Shown here: one piece after another, positions 63,732-64,000 of the stretch
How the letters are laid out: each line of letters starts with the position of its first letter
Position numbering within the stretch: the first letter of the stretch is position 1
NCBI GenBank assembly: GCA_965235115.1
Contig: OZ249446.1
Location: 15,810,001-15,874,000, forward strand
From: Laetmonice hystrix
Taxonomy: Eukaryota
DNA length: 64,000 bases
Direction: 5' to 3'
Program-made: the position numbers and the translations under genes
Notes under the pieces: generated by a model
Database searches by the model: none
What the model saw: the letters and a program-made list of their open reading frames with translations, nothing else
Told to the model about the DNA's origin: nothing

Positions 63732-64000
63732 CTGGACACCAAAGTATGTTAATTGTTATATTAAAGTAACAAATTAATCCACTAACAACACCAAGCCTTC
63801 ACTCTGCTGCTTCCAGATACCTTTTTTAAATGCATGCGACTTTTAACTGACAAGCCAGAGTACATTCTGAACGACTTGAACAGCGCAGAAACAAAACTCG
63901 GTATATCTACCGATGTATTGATCCATTTTATTCACCAATTAACCATATCCGTCCACCTATACATCCATTTAATCCACCACTTAATCCACTTTCACCGTAA

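Overview
Eukaryotic animal genomic DNA with GT-AG spliceosomal introns, MITEs, SINE relics and minisatellites; a marine invertebrate is my inference, and the taxon cannot be fixed from sequence alone. There are three blocks. (1) ~0.7-5.9 kb: a tandem array of six identical tRNA-Gly(TCC) genes with an A/B higher-order repeat. (2) 7.8-22.3 kb: three single-exon Fer3/FERD3L(Nato3)-type bHLH genes in -,+,- orientation. (3) 25.9-63.3 kb: two tandem, strongly diverged minus-strand paralogues with the same extracellular architecture vWA-vWA-vWA-EGF-vWA-EGF-vWA-EGF-vWA, both ending LL(N/E)ELCT*. Gene B reconstructs completely: 16 coding exons, 1272 aa, with a signal peptide. Gene A is 5'-incomplete (at least 1379 codons) and adds a Ser/Thr-rich stalk. 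In both genes the first vWA domain has a broken MIDAS, and the two genes share none of their 10 intra-domain introns. Exon models were built by hand from splice sites and reading-frame phase, without database searches or expression data.
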